Source: Mobula hypostoma (lineage: Eukaryota). From it: DNA of 64,000 bases. The position numbers and the translations under genes are program-made. The notes beneath the pieces were generated by a model. It had not been told where the DNA came from, did no database searches, and was given only the letters and a program-made list of their open reading frames with translations. Below are positions 51,501-64,000 of this stretch, one piece after another (position 1 is the first letter of the stretch; each line of letters opens with the position of its first letter). The stretch covers positions 15,440,001 to 15,504,000 of the forward strand of contig NC_086118.1 in NCBI RefSeq assembly GCF_963921235.1. Direction: 5' to 3'.

Positions 51501-52030
51501 AAATCAGGTGGAACAGGTATGCACTCAGGCGCCTTCAAAGTCCACGGAAGGCAGAGGAAAAAGAGTAGTCTGATCCTTATGACAAGGACCATTTACTTGA
51601 GGTGGACACACCTGTTCAAGAATATCCATCTGCTCCAACACATCCAGGAACCTATACCAGCAGGAGTAATTTATCTGTCCCACCATAGAGATATTCTCCA
51701 TAGCCTAAGAGCTTAGGGCAAGTGACTAAAGAGGCAGAATAATCCCCTCACTTTGCTAGACTGTTCAGGTAGTCTACTTTGACATCCATCAGATTTAGTG
51801 TTTTTTTAAAAAGTGTTCTAATGTTGAAAACATTTCACAAAATGGGACTGTTCTGAATATAATGTTGCAAATACTTTTTATATTTATGTAGGGACCGTAG
51901 GTTATGTGCTCTGAGTAAAGTGAACTGAATTGCTCAATTTCAGTGAGTATTTTTGATGCAGTTTTATGTACACGAAGTACATACCTAGATTTCCCTTTTT
52001 TTCAAGAAGCGGAGATGTGGTAGTTAATTT
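45574..52030 (+). mobile_element. Degenerate Gypsy LTR retrotransposon interrupted by a CR1
   Basis: LTR end CA + PBS TGGTGTCAGAAATGG (45668); gag-like STLIYCM (~46100); protease KMDTG (~50080); integrase HQGHQGI, PWQ..TDIF, VDYYS, SDN.PQF, NGEAERAV (50670-51200); PPT AAGAAGCGGAGA|TGT at 52004-52018. Confidence 0.8.
46436..49950 (-). mobile_element. Long CR1 with ORF1 esterase C-terminus, APE endonuclease and RT (frameshifted)
   Basis: VCCLPGA...VHVGTNDI; AITETWL, GDF, SDH; GPDGMHP, QHGF, LDFQKAFDKV; (TTATGGTC)-type tail. Confidence 0.95.
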
Positions 52031-52034
52031 GAGG

Positions 52035-54912
52035 AGATGTATCAGTATTACAGCGGAGTAAAGGGAATTACACAGGTATGACAGAGGTGTTGGACAAATA
52101 GATTGGAAAAGAACGCTGGCAGGAATTACAGAAGAGCAGCAATGGCTGAAATTTCTGGAGGCAATTCAGAAGGCAAAGGATATACTGTATACATCCGAAA
52201 CAGAAGAAAGTATTCTAAAGGTAAGATGACACAACCATAGCTAACAAGAGAAGTCAACGCCTACATAAAAGCCAAGACAGGACATATAATAGAGCAAAAT
52301 TTAGTGGGACATTTGAGGATTGGGAAGCTTTTAAAAACCAATAGAAAAGTCATAAAGTGCCAGCACCTTTACTTCTTGAGAAAACTAAAGAAATTTGGCC
52401 TGTCCCCTAAAACCCTCACTAATTTTTATAGATGCACCGTAGAAAGCATTCTTCTAGGGTGCATCACAACCTGGTATGGAAGTTGTCCTGTCCAAGACCG
52501 GAAGAAGCTGCAGAAGATCGTGAACACAGCCCAGCACATCACACAAACCAATCTTTCGTCCTTGGACTCACTTTACACCGCACACTGTTGGAGCAGTGCT
52601 GCCAGGATAATCAAGGACACAACCCACCCAGCCAACACACTCTTCATCCCTCTTCCCTCCGGGAGAAGGCTCAGCAGCTTGAAGACTGGTACGGTCAGAT
52701 TTGGGAACAGCTTCTTTCCAACTGTGATAAGACTGCTGAACAGATCCTGACCTGGATCTGGGCCGTACCAACCAAATATCCGGACCTGCATCTCGGTTTT
52801 TTTGCACTACCTTACTTTCCATTTTTCTATTTTCTATTTATGATTTATAATTTAAATTTTTAATATTTACTATCGATTTGTAATCTAGGGAGCGGGAAGC
52901 GCAGAATCAAATATTGCTGTGATGATTGTATGTTCTAGTATCAATTTTTTGGCAACAATATAAAATATAAAGAAGGAAAAGTGAAATATGAAAGTAAGCT
53001 AGCCAATAATATTAGAGAGGATACCAAAAGTTTTTTCAGATACATAAAGTGTAAAAGAGAGGTGAGAGTGGAATCAGACCAATGGAAAATGATACTGGAG
53101 AGGTAGTAATGGTGGACAAGGAAATGGCGGATGAACTGAATAAGTATTTTGCATCAGTCTTCACTGTGGAAGACACAAGGAGGATGGTGATATTTCCAGA
53201 GAGTCAGGGGTCAGAAGGGTGTAAATTTGCCATTACTAGGGAGAAGGTTCTTTGGAAACTGAAAGGTGCTTTCTAAGGTGCATCTATAAAACTTACTGAG
53301 GATTTTAGGGGACAGGCCAAATTTCTTTAGTATTCTCAGGAAGTAAAGGCACTGGCGCTTTAATCACCAGGACCAAAGAGTGTACACCCCAGATTCTGAA
53401 AGAGGTGGTTGAAGAGATTGTGGAGGCATTAGTAATAATCTTTCAAAAATCACTAGATTCTGAAATGGTTCTGGAAGACTGAGAAATTGCAAAAGTCACT
53501 CCACTCTTCAAGAAGAGAGAGAAGTAGAAGAATTATAGGCCAGTTAGCCTGACCTCAGTGGTTGGGAAGATTTTGGAATCGATTCTTAAGGTTATGGTTT
53601 TGGAGTACTTGGGGATATATGATAAGATAAGCTGTAGTCAGCATGTTTCCTCAAGGGAAATTCCTGCTTGCCAAATCTACTGGAATTCTTTGAAGAAACA
53701 ACAGGCAGTGTAGAAAAAGGAAAATTGGTTAATGCTGTGTACTTGGATTTTCAGAAGACCATTGACAAGGTGCCACAGATGAGGCTGCTTAACAAGTTAA
53801 GAGCCCATAGTATTACCGGAAAGCTAAACATAGATAAAGAAGTGGCTGATTGGCAGGAAGCAAAGTGTGGAAGCATTTTCTGGTTGGCTGCCGGTGACTA
53901 GTGGTGTTCCACAAGGGTTTGTGTTGGGACTGTTTCTTTTTACATTATACGTCAATGACTTGAATGATGTATTGATAGCTTTGTTGCAGAGTTTGCAGAT
54001 GATACCAAGGTAAGTGGAGGGCAGGTAGTTTTGAGCAAATAGAGAAGCTACAGAAGGACGTAGATAGGTTAGGAGGATGGGCAAACAAGTAGCAGATGGA
54101 ATACAGTATTAGGAAATGTATGGTGATGTACTTTGGTAGAAGAAATGAAAGGGTAGACTATTTACTAAATGGAGAGAAAATTCAAAAATCTGAATGACAA
54201 GGATTTGGGCGTTTATGTGCAGGATTTTCTGATGGTTAATTTATAGGTTGAGTCTGTGGTGAGGAAAGCAAATGTGATGTTAGCATTCATTTCAAGAGGA
54301 CTAGAATATAAACACAAGGATGTAATGTTGAGGCTTTATAAAGCACTGGTGATGCCTTACTTGGCACATTATGAGCAGTTTTGGGCCCCATATGTTAGAA
54401 CAGATGTGCTGACACTAGAGAGGTTACAAAATAGATTCATGAAAATCATTCCAGGTTTGAATGACTTGTTATATGAAGAGCATTTGGTGACTCTGGGTCT
54501 GAATTCACTAGAATTCAGAAGAATGAGGAGGGTTTAATTGAAATGTATCAAACAGTGAAAAGTCTTGATAAGGTAGATGTGGAGAGGACATTTCCTATTG
54601 TAGGAGACCGGAGGACCAGAGGACACAGTCTCAGAACAGAGGGTCATCCTTTTAGAACAGAGATCACGAGAAATTTCTTTAGCCAGAGAGGGTGGATCTG
54701 TGGAATTTGTTGTCACAGGCAGCTGTACAGGTGAAGTATTTATAAATATTTAATGCAGAGGTAGATAGACACTTGATTGGTCAAGGTAAGAAGGGATAAT
54801 GGGAGAAGGCAGGAAATTGGGGCAGAGAAATAATGGATGAACCATGATGAAATGGCAGAGCAGAAACAATGGACCAAACAGCCTCACTCCCTTCCTATAT
54901 CTTATGGTCTTA
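52035..54912 (+). mobile_element. Degraded CR1 ORF2 and 3' end
   Basis: MADELNKYFASVFT, YLDFQK, MLAFISRGLEY, NFFSQR. Confidence 0.9.
52358..52966 (+). mobile_element. Rex1/Babar 3' fragment nested in CR1
   Basis: QHLYFLRKLKKF...FYRCTVESIL...WYG...LPSGRR...SFFPTVIRLLN; ATAAAG on both flanks. Confidence 0.88.
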
Positions 54913-54936
54913 ACAATGTTATTCCCATGCCACTCC

Positions 54937-55790
54937 TAGAATCATAGAAAAACTACAGCACAATACAGGCCATTTGGCCCACAATGCTGTGCCGAACATG
55001 TACTTACTTTAAAAATTACCTCGGGTTACCCATAGTGCTCCATTTTTCTAAGCTCCATGACCCTATCCAGAAGCCTCTTAAAAGACCCTACTGTATCCAC
55101 CTCCACTACAGTCACCGGCAGCACATTCCATGCACTCACCGCTCTGTGTAAAAAATTTACCCCTGACATCGCCTCTCTACCTACTTCCAAGCATCTTAAG
55201 ACTGTGCCCTCTCGTGTTAGCCCCAGGAAAAAGCCTCTGACTATCCACAAGATCAATGCCTCTCATCATCTTATACAGCTCTGTCAGGTTATCTCTCATC
55301 CTCCGTTGTTCAAGGAGAAAAGGCCAAGTTCACTCAACCTATTCTCATAAGGCATGCTCCCCAATCCAGGCAACATCCTCGTAAATCTCCTCTGCACCCT
55401 TTCTATAGTTCTACACTACATCCTTCCTCTACTGAAGTGACCAGAACTGAGCACAGTACTTCAAGTAGGGTCTGACCAGGGTCATATATAGCTGTAGCAT
55501 TACCTCTCAGCTCCTGAATTGCATCCCTCAGTTGATGCCTTCTTAACCACACAGTCAACCTGCGCAGCAGCTCTGAGTGTCCTATGGACACGGACCCCAA
55601 GATCCCTCTGAGCCTCCACACTACCAAGAGTCTTACCATTAATACTATATTCTGCCATCATATTTCACCTACCAAAATGAAGCACCTCACACTTATCTGG
55701 GTTGAACTCCCTCTGCCACTTGTCAGCCCAGTTTTGCATCCAATCGATGTCCTGCTGTAACCTCTGACAGTCCTCCACAACATCCCCAAC
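54937..55790 (-). mobile_element. CR1 3' fragment (second subfamily)
   Basis: LQQDID..QNWADKWQ.EFNPDKCEVLHFG; SFKRLLD. Confidence 0.85.
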
Positions 55791-56419
55791 CTTCCTACAA
55801 GGAAGAAGTTCACATACCAAGCAAGCACGGTTTGCAATAAAGTTGATTTGAATATTCTGCATGCTGGTATCCTGGTGTGCTCTGCACTATCCCATTTTAG
55901 AATGTCAAAAGCATGGAATATTGAGCTCCCAGTCATACTCTCCTATCACATTTTTTAATAGCTAACAATCACACTCATTCACATCTGTTTGTGCGGCAAT
56001 CTCATCAGCATGTTAAAAATGCCACAGGCATTCATTAAAGTCTTTTTACTTTAATGTACGTAGCTACAAGAATTAAAAAAAAAACATCCATGGGAAGTTC
56101 TGTGAGGAGATCAATAACTCTTGATCTAAATCTGTGCTCTGCACACAAAAAAATAGATAACCGAAATACAAAGTATTATTCTTGATTACACAGCTTCACT
56201 ACAGCAACAAAGGTTGGATTAGGGCAGGGATACGACTGACATTAAACAGTTTACATATTTGCACAGAAAGCAAAATCAATTAATTATCTTTAATGCATAA
56301 TGTGATTCGAACTACAGCAGCTTCATTTCAACGTCAAAGTCAATAGTCAAAGTTGAGTTTACTGTCACATGCACAAGTGCAATGAAGAACTTCCAGCAGC
56401 AACACAGGTATGCAGCATC

Positions 56420-57165
56420 AGTTGGAAAATGCATAGTCCAGCACTTTGACAGTAGAAATAAATGAGCAGACAATTTTCTAAGTGGGAAGAAAATCCAAAA
56501 ATCTGAGATGCAAAGGGACTTGGGAGTCCTTGTACAGAACACCCTGAAGGTTAACTGGTAGGTTGAGTTGATGGTGAGGAAGGGAAATGCAATGTTAGCA
56601 TTCATTTCAAGAGATCTAGAATACAAAGTTTTAGACACAAAGATATTTTTACTTACAAGTAAAAGTAAATAGATAGATAGAGTGAAAGTGGAATAGTGAG
56701 GAGAAATTTGATGGCAGATGAGATGCTCTCTAATCTAAGATGTTGCATGGACAAACTTGGGATTGCATACCCTCAGCATCAGAGGCTGAGGGGAGGCCTG
56801 ACAGAAGTTGATAAAATTCTGAGAGGCATAGTTAGCCAGAATCTATTTTGCCAGGTAAGAAATACCCAGTAGTAGAAGACATGCATTTGAGATGATGGGG
56901 GAAATGTTAAAGGAGAAGGATGGGGGTTGTTGTTTTTTGAACATAATGACTGGTAGGTGCCTGAGATGGGCTGCCAGGAGTAGTGGTGGAAGAAGATACA
57001 ATAGTGATGTTTAAGAGATCATTAGATAGATACAACATTTGTACAAGAAATTGAGTGATATAGATCAGGTTACAGGCAGATGAGATTTAGTTTAATCTGG
57101 CATTATGTTCAGGACAAATCTTGTGGACTGAAGGGCCTGTTTTTATGCTATATTGTTCTATGTCT
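56420..57165 (+). mobile_element. CR1 fragments
   Basis: KIQKSEMQRDLGVLVQ, MLAFISR, decayed 3' tail. Confidence 0.7.
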
Positions 57166-57659
57166 GAAATCATTTTAACCAACATATTATGGGCAATTTG
57201 CAGTAGACAACTAAGCTACCAACATATCTTCATTTTGCTACATTTGCTTTGTTATAAATAGCTCTCTAAGGAGCTTGCTGGTGTCAGTCAGGATTACCTG
57301 AAAAGTTGTAGGGATAAGGCTTAGTAAATATTGTTAATAACTTATTTGCATGGGGATATGAAACAGGTGGAATATTTAGTGTAATAATCAGAATTAGCAC
57401 ACAATGCAAATATGGCCAAAATAGCGGCAACTGGTGGATTACCAGATGTACCTTGTTTAAAGGATCAATAAAGTGAAAAAACAGCAAACACATGTTAATT
57501 CTCCAACGTCTTTCTTAATGGAGGTGATCTGTACTGGGTATACTACTGGGTATGCTAACAGAAAGAGATAGGGGAGCAGATATGTAGACAAATCACAAAA
57601 TGGTTTAAAAGTAATAGGCACAAGAGGTTCTGAAGTTACTGGAAATCCAGAGTAACACA

Positions 57660-59570
57660 CACATGCTTTCAATCTCTTCAATAACTTTCAATTCCATGGC
57701 TGGATTGCCCATTTTCACCATGGATATCCGAATCTTATACATCACTATCTCCTAACATGAAGGCCTTGAAGCTCTCTGCTTCTTCCTAGACAAAAGACCC
57801 AATCGGTTGCTCTTCACCATCATCCTCCTGCATCTGGCAGGACTAGACCTCACACTCAACAATTTCTCTTTCGGTTCCTCCCACCTTCTACAAACCCAAG
57901 GTGCAGCCATGGGCACCTACATGGGCCCCAACTATGTCTGCCATTTCATTGACTACATAGAACAGTCCATCTTGAAAGCTTTCTCTGGTAATGCTCCCCA
58001 ACTCTTTCGGTGCTACGTTGATGACTACATTGGTGCTGTTTCATGTACCCTTGCCGAGTGCATCAACTGTTCCTTCAACCTCCACCCTACCCTCAAATTC
58101 CCTTAGTCCATTTCTGACATCTCTCTTCTTGAACTCTCTGTTACCACCTATGGAGACAGATTGTCCACTGATATTTTTATAAGTTTACTGACTCTCCCAA
58201 CTATCTCGACTATACTCCTTTCCATCCTGTCACTTGTGAAAATGCCATTTCCTTTTCTCCAGCTCCATCACATCTGTTGCCAGGATGAGGCTTTCCTTTT
58301 CAGGAAGTCATAGATGTCCTCATTCTTCAAAGAATGGGGTGTCCCTTCCTCCACCATTAATGCTACCCTCAGCTGCATCTCTTCCATTTCCCAGACTTCC
58401 ACCCTCACCCCATCTTCCTGTTGCCTGAACAGGGATAGAGTTCCTCTCATCACTTACCACTCCATGAGCTTCTGGAACGAGCACATCAATCTCCACAACT
58501 TCTGGCATCTTCAGTGGAATCCTACTACCACCTTACCCCTCCCCCACTCTCCACTTTCCACTGGGATCACTCGCTCTGTGATTCCCATGTCTATTCGTCC
58601 CTCCCCACTGATCTCCCTCCTGGCCCTTGTCCCTGCAAACAGAAGAAGTGCTTCCCTCCCCACCATCCAGGGCCCCAAACAGTCCTTGCAGGTGAGGCAA
58701 CACTTCATTTGTGAGTCTGTTGGGGGTCATCTACTATATCTGGTATTCCAGTGCAGCCCCTTCTACACTGGTGACACCCAACAGATCAGGGAACTACTTT
58801 GTAAAGCAGCTTTGCAATAAGCAGGATCTCCTGGTAGCCAATCATTCCCATTTCCACATATTGGTCCATGGCCTCCTCTACTGCCAAGATGAGAGAGACA
58901 GCTCTCATGTTGGAGGAGCAACACCTCATATTCTCTCTGGGTAGCCTCCAACCAGATGCGAACATCCATTTTTCTAACTTCTGGTTATTTCTTCCCCCTC
59001 CCCCTTCTCTCTTCTTCTGTGCTCCATTCTGGCATCTTCTCCTAACCTGCATTTTGCCTCCATCTGCTGCTTCTCCTTCCTTTCTTCCATGGTCCATTCT
59101 CCTCTTCGATTGGATTCCTTCTTCATCAGCCCTTTGCCTTTTCCTTCTGTCACATAACAACTTCTCAATTCACCCTCCCCCCCCATCCCTCACTCACCAA
59201 CCATCCCCCTCACGTGGCTTCACCTGTTAATTTCCAGCTTTCCCCACCCACCACCTTCTTATGAAGGATCTCAGCCAAAACGTCAACTTTTTATTCCTTT
59301 CAACACACACAAAGTGCTGGAGAAACTCAGCAGGTCAGGCAGTACTTATGGAAAAAATTACAGTCAACATTTCAGGCTGAGACTCTTTGGCAGTCAGCTT
59401 GAAACGTCGACTGTATGTTTTTCCATAGATGCTGCCTGGCCTGCTGTATTGCTCCAGCATTTTGTGTGTGTTGCTTTGATCTCCAGAATCTGCAGATTTT
59501 ACCTTCTTTATTCCTTTCCATAGGTACTGCCTGACCTGCTGAGTTCCTCCAGCATTTCGTGTGTGTTACT
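57660..59570 (+). mobile_element. Degraded Penelope-like element (RT to tail)
   Basis: LTLNNFSF..HLLQTQGAAMGT.MGPNY, YVDDYIG, DRVPL, IQGPKQ, LEEQHLIF. Confidence 0.9.
59302..59506. mobile_element. Fold-back Penelope-tail element nested in a Penelope tail, 12-bp TSD
   Basis: TTTATTCCTTTC at 59290-59301 and 59507-59518; inverted arms. Confidence 0.8.
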
Positions 59571-59589
59571 TGAAATCAGCAGGGTTAGT

Positions 59590-60300
59590 TACATTCGTAG
59601 GGAATTTCAATTTTACCAATCTTGACTGGGAATACTTTCATATGGAAGTGTCACTCAGCAGGGGGGAGTTTTTAAAATGCATATGGGAAAATGTTTTGAG
59701 TATGTACATCGATAATCCCCCTAGAGAAGGACCAGTACTGGACGTAATGTTAGGGAATGTAGCCAAGCAAGTGGTTATAGCAACAGGGAAGAACATTTCA
59801 GAGGTAGTGACCATAACTCTGTAAGTCACACTATCGCTTGGAAAGAAACAACGTTGGTCCTTAAATTAGGATCTCATATTGTGGGAAAGCAGATTTGAAT
59901 ATTATAAGACATGAGCTGGCAAAAAGAATTGGAAGCAGTTACTTGCAGGTAGCCCCTCAAGTGTGAAGCATTCAACTGTGTGATCATCGGAGCTCAGGGA
60001 AAACGTGTTCCTATAAAGGGAAAGCAAATTAGTGAGCCCAGGGAATCGAGGATGTCAAAGGATATCAAGGGCAGGATTGAAAAGAAAGCAAGCATATGAT
60101 TGGTAGAAAGAACTGAAAATGGGAAGGCCCTTCAGATATAGAAATATATTGGGGGGCAACACTTTGTAGATCAAAGCAGCACAGAGTGGACATCAAACAT
60201 CACTAAATGACAAGGTGAAGGAAAATCCTAAAGCTAATTATAAGTTGTTTAAGAACAGAAGAGTAACTTGGGAAAAATAGGTCTGTTTAAGAATCAAAGT
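59590..60300 (+). mobile_element. Old CR1 endonuclease-region fragment
   Basis: VGNFNF..LDW...PPREGPVLD. Confidence 0.55.
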
Positions 60301-60371
60301 TCATGGAAGGAATCTGTAGGGAAAAGATATATCAGCATTTCGAAAGACGAGGACAAATACAGGACAGTCAG

Positions 60372-61030
60372 ACACAAAATGCTAAAGAAACTCAGCAGGC
60401 CAGGCAGCATCTATGGAAATGGGTACAGTCGACGTTAAGGAGCGAAACCCTTTGGCAGGTCTGGAGAAAAAAAGATGAGTAGTAGATTTCAATGGTGGGG
60501 GTGGGGAGAGGGAAACACAAAGTGATAGGTGAAACTGGGAGGGGAGGGGCGGGGCTGAAGTAAATTGCTGGGAAGTTAATTGGTGAAAGAGATACAGGGC
60601 TGGTGAAGGGGGATTCTGATAGTGAGGATAGAAGGCCATGGAAGAAAGAAAATGGGGAGGGAGCACCAGAGGGAGGAGATGGGCAGGCAAGGAGATACGA
60701 TGAGAGAGGAAAAAGGAGATGGGGACTGCTGAAGGAGAGGGCGGGGGGGTCATTACTGGAAGTTTGAGAAATCGATGTTCATGCCATCAGGTTGAAGGAT
60801 ACCTACACAGAATATAAGGTGTTGTTCCTCCAGTCTGAGTGTGGCCTCATCACAACAGTACAGGAAGCCATTGATTGACATATTAGAAAGGGTTTGGGAT
60901 GTGGAATTAAATTGGGTGGTCACTGGGAGATCCAGTTCTTCTGGCGGATGGAGCATAGGTGCTTGGTGAAACGGACTCCCAATCTACACTGGGTCTCACA
61001 GATATACAGGAGACCACATCGGGAGGCACC
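60372..61030 (-). mobile_element. Penelope 3' fragment
   Basis: LPV..FNS...LRLEEQHLIF..G.LQPDGMNIDFSNF plus tail. Confidence 0.85.
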
Positions 61031-61034
61031 AAGC

Positions 61035-62170
61035 TCATGTTATAGTATGTCTTCAAGATTCATGGTTCCCCCCATGACATCATCTCTGATCATGTCCCCA
61101 GTTTGCCTCTAGGTTTTGGAAGGCCTTTTGTGAGCTCATTAAGGCCTCTGCCAGTCTTTCTGTTGGGTTCCATCCATAGACCAATGGACAAACAGAGGGT
61201 CACCCAGGACCTAGAGAGAACACTCAGAGGTCTAGCCTCGATGAGCCATATGACCTGGAGTGACAACCTGATCTGGGTTGAGCTTGTGCACTACACACTT
61301 CAACATTCATCTATCAGGATATCCCCTTTCGAATGCCAATATGGGTACCGTCCTCCATTGTACCTGGAATAAGCAGCAGAAGTGGGAGTTCCATCAGTAG
61401 ACCAACTGGTCCAGAGGTGTCACCAGAAATGGATTAAGATGAGAGAGACATCGTTGGACAATTCACTTTAACAACAAGACTAAGCCAATGACTGGAGAAG
61501 AGAGGAACCAGCATTTATTCCCAGTCAGCAGGTCTGGCACTCAACTAGAGATGTTCCCAAGTAGTTGAATCCATAAAATTGGCCCCTTGTTGACATAGAA
61601 TTATAGAAAACCTACAGCACAAAACAGGCCCTTCGACCCACAATGCTGTGACGAACATGTACTTTCTATAGAAATTATCTAGGGTTACCCATAGCCCTCT
61701 ATTTTTCTAAGTTCCATGTTATATTGGTCCTGCAATGCATCAACCCAGTTACCTATCCTTTCCAGCTCCTGAGCACCCTGCTGATAACCTCACATTCCAT
61801 GTCCCACCTAAACCCTTGAGTGCCAGCCCCTTGTCTCCAGTTCCTAAACCTCCTCACCCTCCCAGAACTGGTGAGGGACATCCCACCTACACAATCCAGT
61901 GACTTTTGGACACCTCATTGTTCAAAGTAAAAGACAGTACCTTGTGGATTGGAAGGGATATGGTCTGGAAGAAAGCGGTACCTTGTGGATTGGAAGGAAT
62001 ATGGTCTGGAAGAAAGCGGTACCTTGTGGATTGGAAGGGATATGGTCTGGAAGAAACCATGATTCCTTCACAGGACATCTTGGACCCTATACTGATAGGG
62101 GACTTTCATGAGCACCACCCTGATCGCCCTGGGACATCAGAAGCCAGCCGTAGGAGAGATGGTTCTATCA
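61035..62170 (+). mobile_element. Chromodomain-type Gypsy integrase remnant (with a CR1 tail nested at ~61592-61720)
   Basis: QDLERTLR...W...L.WVE...[23 protein letters not shown]...DILDP.LI.DFH. Confidence 0.8.
61937..62056 (+). repeat. Three tandem copies of a 41-bp unit
   Basis: GTACCTTGTGGATTGGAAGGRATATGGTCTGGAAGAAAGCG starting at 61937, 61978, 62019. Confidence 0.95.
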
Positions 62171-62364
62171 TGGTCACAAATGAACAGCAGCAGGCATCCA
62201 AATTTCAGCTCTCCCATTTCCCAGAGTATGGTCAGCTGCAGCTGTCGTTTCAAGACTCAGAACTCCAATTATTGCCTGCCACATTCCTTCATGGAAACTC
62301 TATACTTAATGGCCTTGTGCTGAATGCTCAGTGCTCAATGATAAGAATTCCATTTGCAGTACTA

Positions 62365-64000
62365 AGCCATCTCCAACGGGATCCCATCACCAAGCACATC
62401 TTTCCCTCCCCCACTTACTGCTCTCTGCAAGAGTCGCTCCCTACGTGACTCCCTTGTCCATTCGTCGCTCTCCACTGATCTTCCTTCTGGCACTTTTTCT
62501 TGCAAGCAGAACAACTGCTACGCCTGCCCTAGACCTCCTCCTTCACTACCATTCAAGGCCGCAAACAGTCCTTCCAGGTGAGGTGACACTTCAGCTGTGA
62601 GTCTGTTAGGATCATGCACTGTGTCTGGTGTTCCCAGTGTGGCCTCCTGTGTGCCTGTGAGACCGGATATCGCTTCGCTGAGCACTTACAATCCGTCCAC
62701 CAGAAAAAGTGGGATCTCCCAGTGGCCACCCATTTTAATTCCACTTCCCATTCCCATTCTGAAACGTCTGTCCATAGCCTCCTTCACTGTTGTGATTAGG
62801 CCCAATTCAGGTTGGAGAAACGACACTGTAATCCATCTGGGTAGCCTCCAAACTCATGGCATGAACAAAGATTTCTTGAACTTCTGGTAATGCCCACCAC
62901 CTCTTTCACCATTCCCCATCTCCTTATCCCTCTCTCACCTTATCTTCATAGAAACATAGAAACATAGAAAATAGGTGCAGGAGTAGGCCATTCGGCCCTT
63001 CGAGCCTGCACCGCCATTTATTATGATCATGGCTGATCATCCAACTCAGAACCCAGCCTTCCCTCCATACCCCCTGACCCCTGTAGCCACAAGGGCCATA
63101 TCTAACTTCCTTTTAAACATAGCTAATGAACTGGCCTCAACAGTTTGCTGTGGCAGAGAATTCCACAGATTCACCACTCTCTGTGTGAAGAAGTTTTTCC
63201 TAACCTCGGTCCTAAAAGGCTTCCCCTCTATCCTCAAACTGTGACCCCTCGTTCTAGACCTCCCCAACATCGGGAACAATCTTCCTGCATCTAGCCTGTC
63301 CAATCCCTTTAGGATCTTATACGTTTCAATCAGATCCCCCCTCAATCTTCTAAATTCCAACGAGTACAAGCCCAGTTCATCCAGTCTTTCTTCATATGAA
63401 AGACCTGCCATCCCAGGAATCAATCTGGTGAACCTTCTTTGTACTCCCTCTATGGCAAAGATGTCTTTCCTCAGATTAGGGGACCAAAACTGCACACAAT
63501 ACTCCAGGTGTGGTCTCACCAAGGCCTTGTACAACTGCAGTAGTACCTCCCTGCTCCTGTACTCGAATCCTCTCGCTATAAATGCCAGCATACCGTTCGC
63601 CTTTTTCACCGCCTGCTGTACCTGCATGCCCACTTTCAATGACTGGTGTATAATGACACCCAGGTCTCGTTGCACCTCCCCTTTTCCTAATCGGCCACCA
63701 TTCAGATAATAATCTGTTTTCCTATTTTTGCCACCAAAGTGGATAACTTCACATTTATCCACATTAAATTGCATCTGCCATGAGTTTGCCCACTCACCCA
63801 ACCTATCCAAGTCACCCTGCATCCTCCCCACCCATTGCCTCCCTTGTGCTCTTCCCCCCACTTTTCTTTCTTCCTATGGCCTTCAATCCTCTTCTATCAG
63901 ACTCCCCCTTCTCCAGCTGTGTATCTCTTTCACCAATCAACTTCCTAGCTCTTTACTTCATCCCTCCTCCTTCAGGTCTCACCTATCACCTTGTGTTTCT
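62365..64000 (+). mobile_element. Penelope 3' fragment split by a CR1 insertion
   Basis: [15 protein letters not shown]...RFAEHL...LPVATHFNS; CT-rich tail resumes at ~63827. Confidence 0.85.
62947..63826 (-). mobile_element. Young 5'-truncated CR1, same subfamily as 15981-17784
   Basis: Open ORF2 C-terminus; (GTTTCTAT)n tail; near-identical to 15982-16861. Confidence 0.95.

Noticed and set aside
61937..62056. CRISPR-like array
   Set aside because: Head-to-tail repeats without spacers, inside a retrotransposon, in a eukaryotic context.
42100..64000. A second myosin paralogue, as expected in a tandem cluster
   Set aside because: No myosin-like peptide in any listed frame; the region is essentially all TE-derived.

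Overview
Vertebrate genomic DNA, most likely a cartilaginous fish (ray or shark). That assignment is inferred from the repeat landscape of CR1, Penelope-like, Rex1/Babar and fish-type L1 elements. The window holds one complete, intact sarcomeric myosin heavy chain gene on the + strand. I traced it by hand: TATA at ~8535, two short non-coding exons, 39 coding exons from 9777 to 35546 (5805 nt, 1934 aa, all GT-AG introns in the expected phases) and AATAAA at 35640. Its residue signatures are fast-skeletal type. Almost everything else is mobile-element debris, often nested. The most notable observations are: (1) two L1 insertions upstream of the gene with 5'-inversion (twin-priming) architecture; (2) Penelope-like elements carrying minimal hammerhead ribozyme motifs, plus short fold-back derivatives flanked by 8-17 bp direct repeats; (3) an intronic Tigger element resembling mammalian Tigger4/MER46; (4) a 3'UTR motif resembling mammalian fast-MYH UTRs; (5) a non-repetitive downstream island with muscle-type motifs and minus-strand splice signals. 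No prokaryotic-type system, CRISPR array, tRNA or rRNA gene is seen. Repeat boundaries without stated TSDs/TIRs are approximate, and comparisons to known families are from memory, not database searches.
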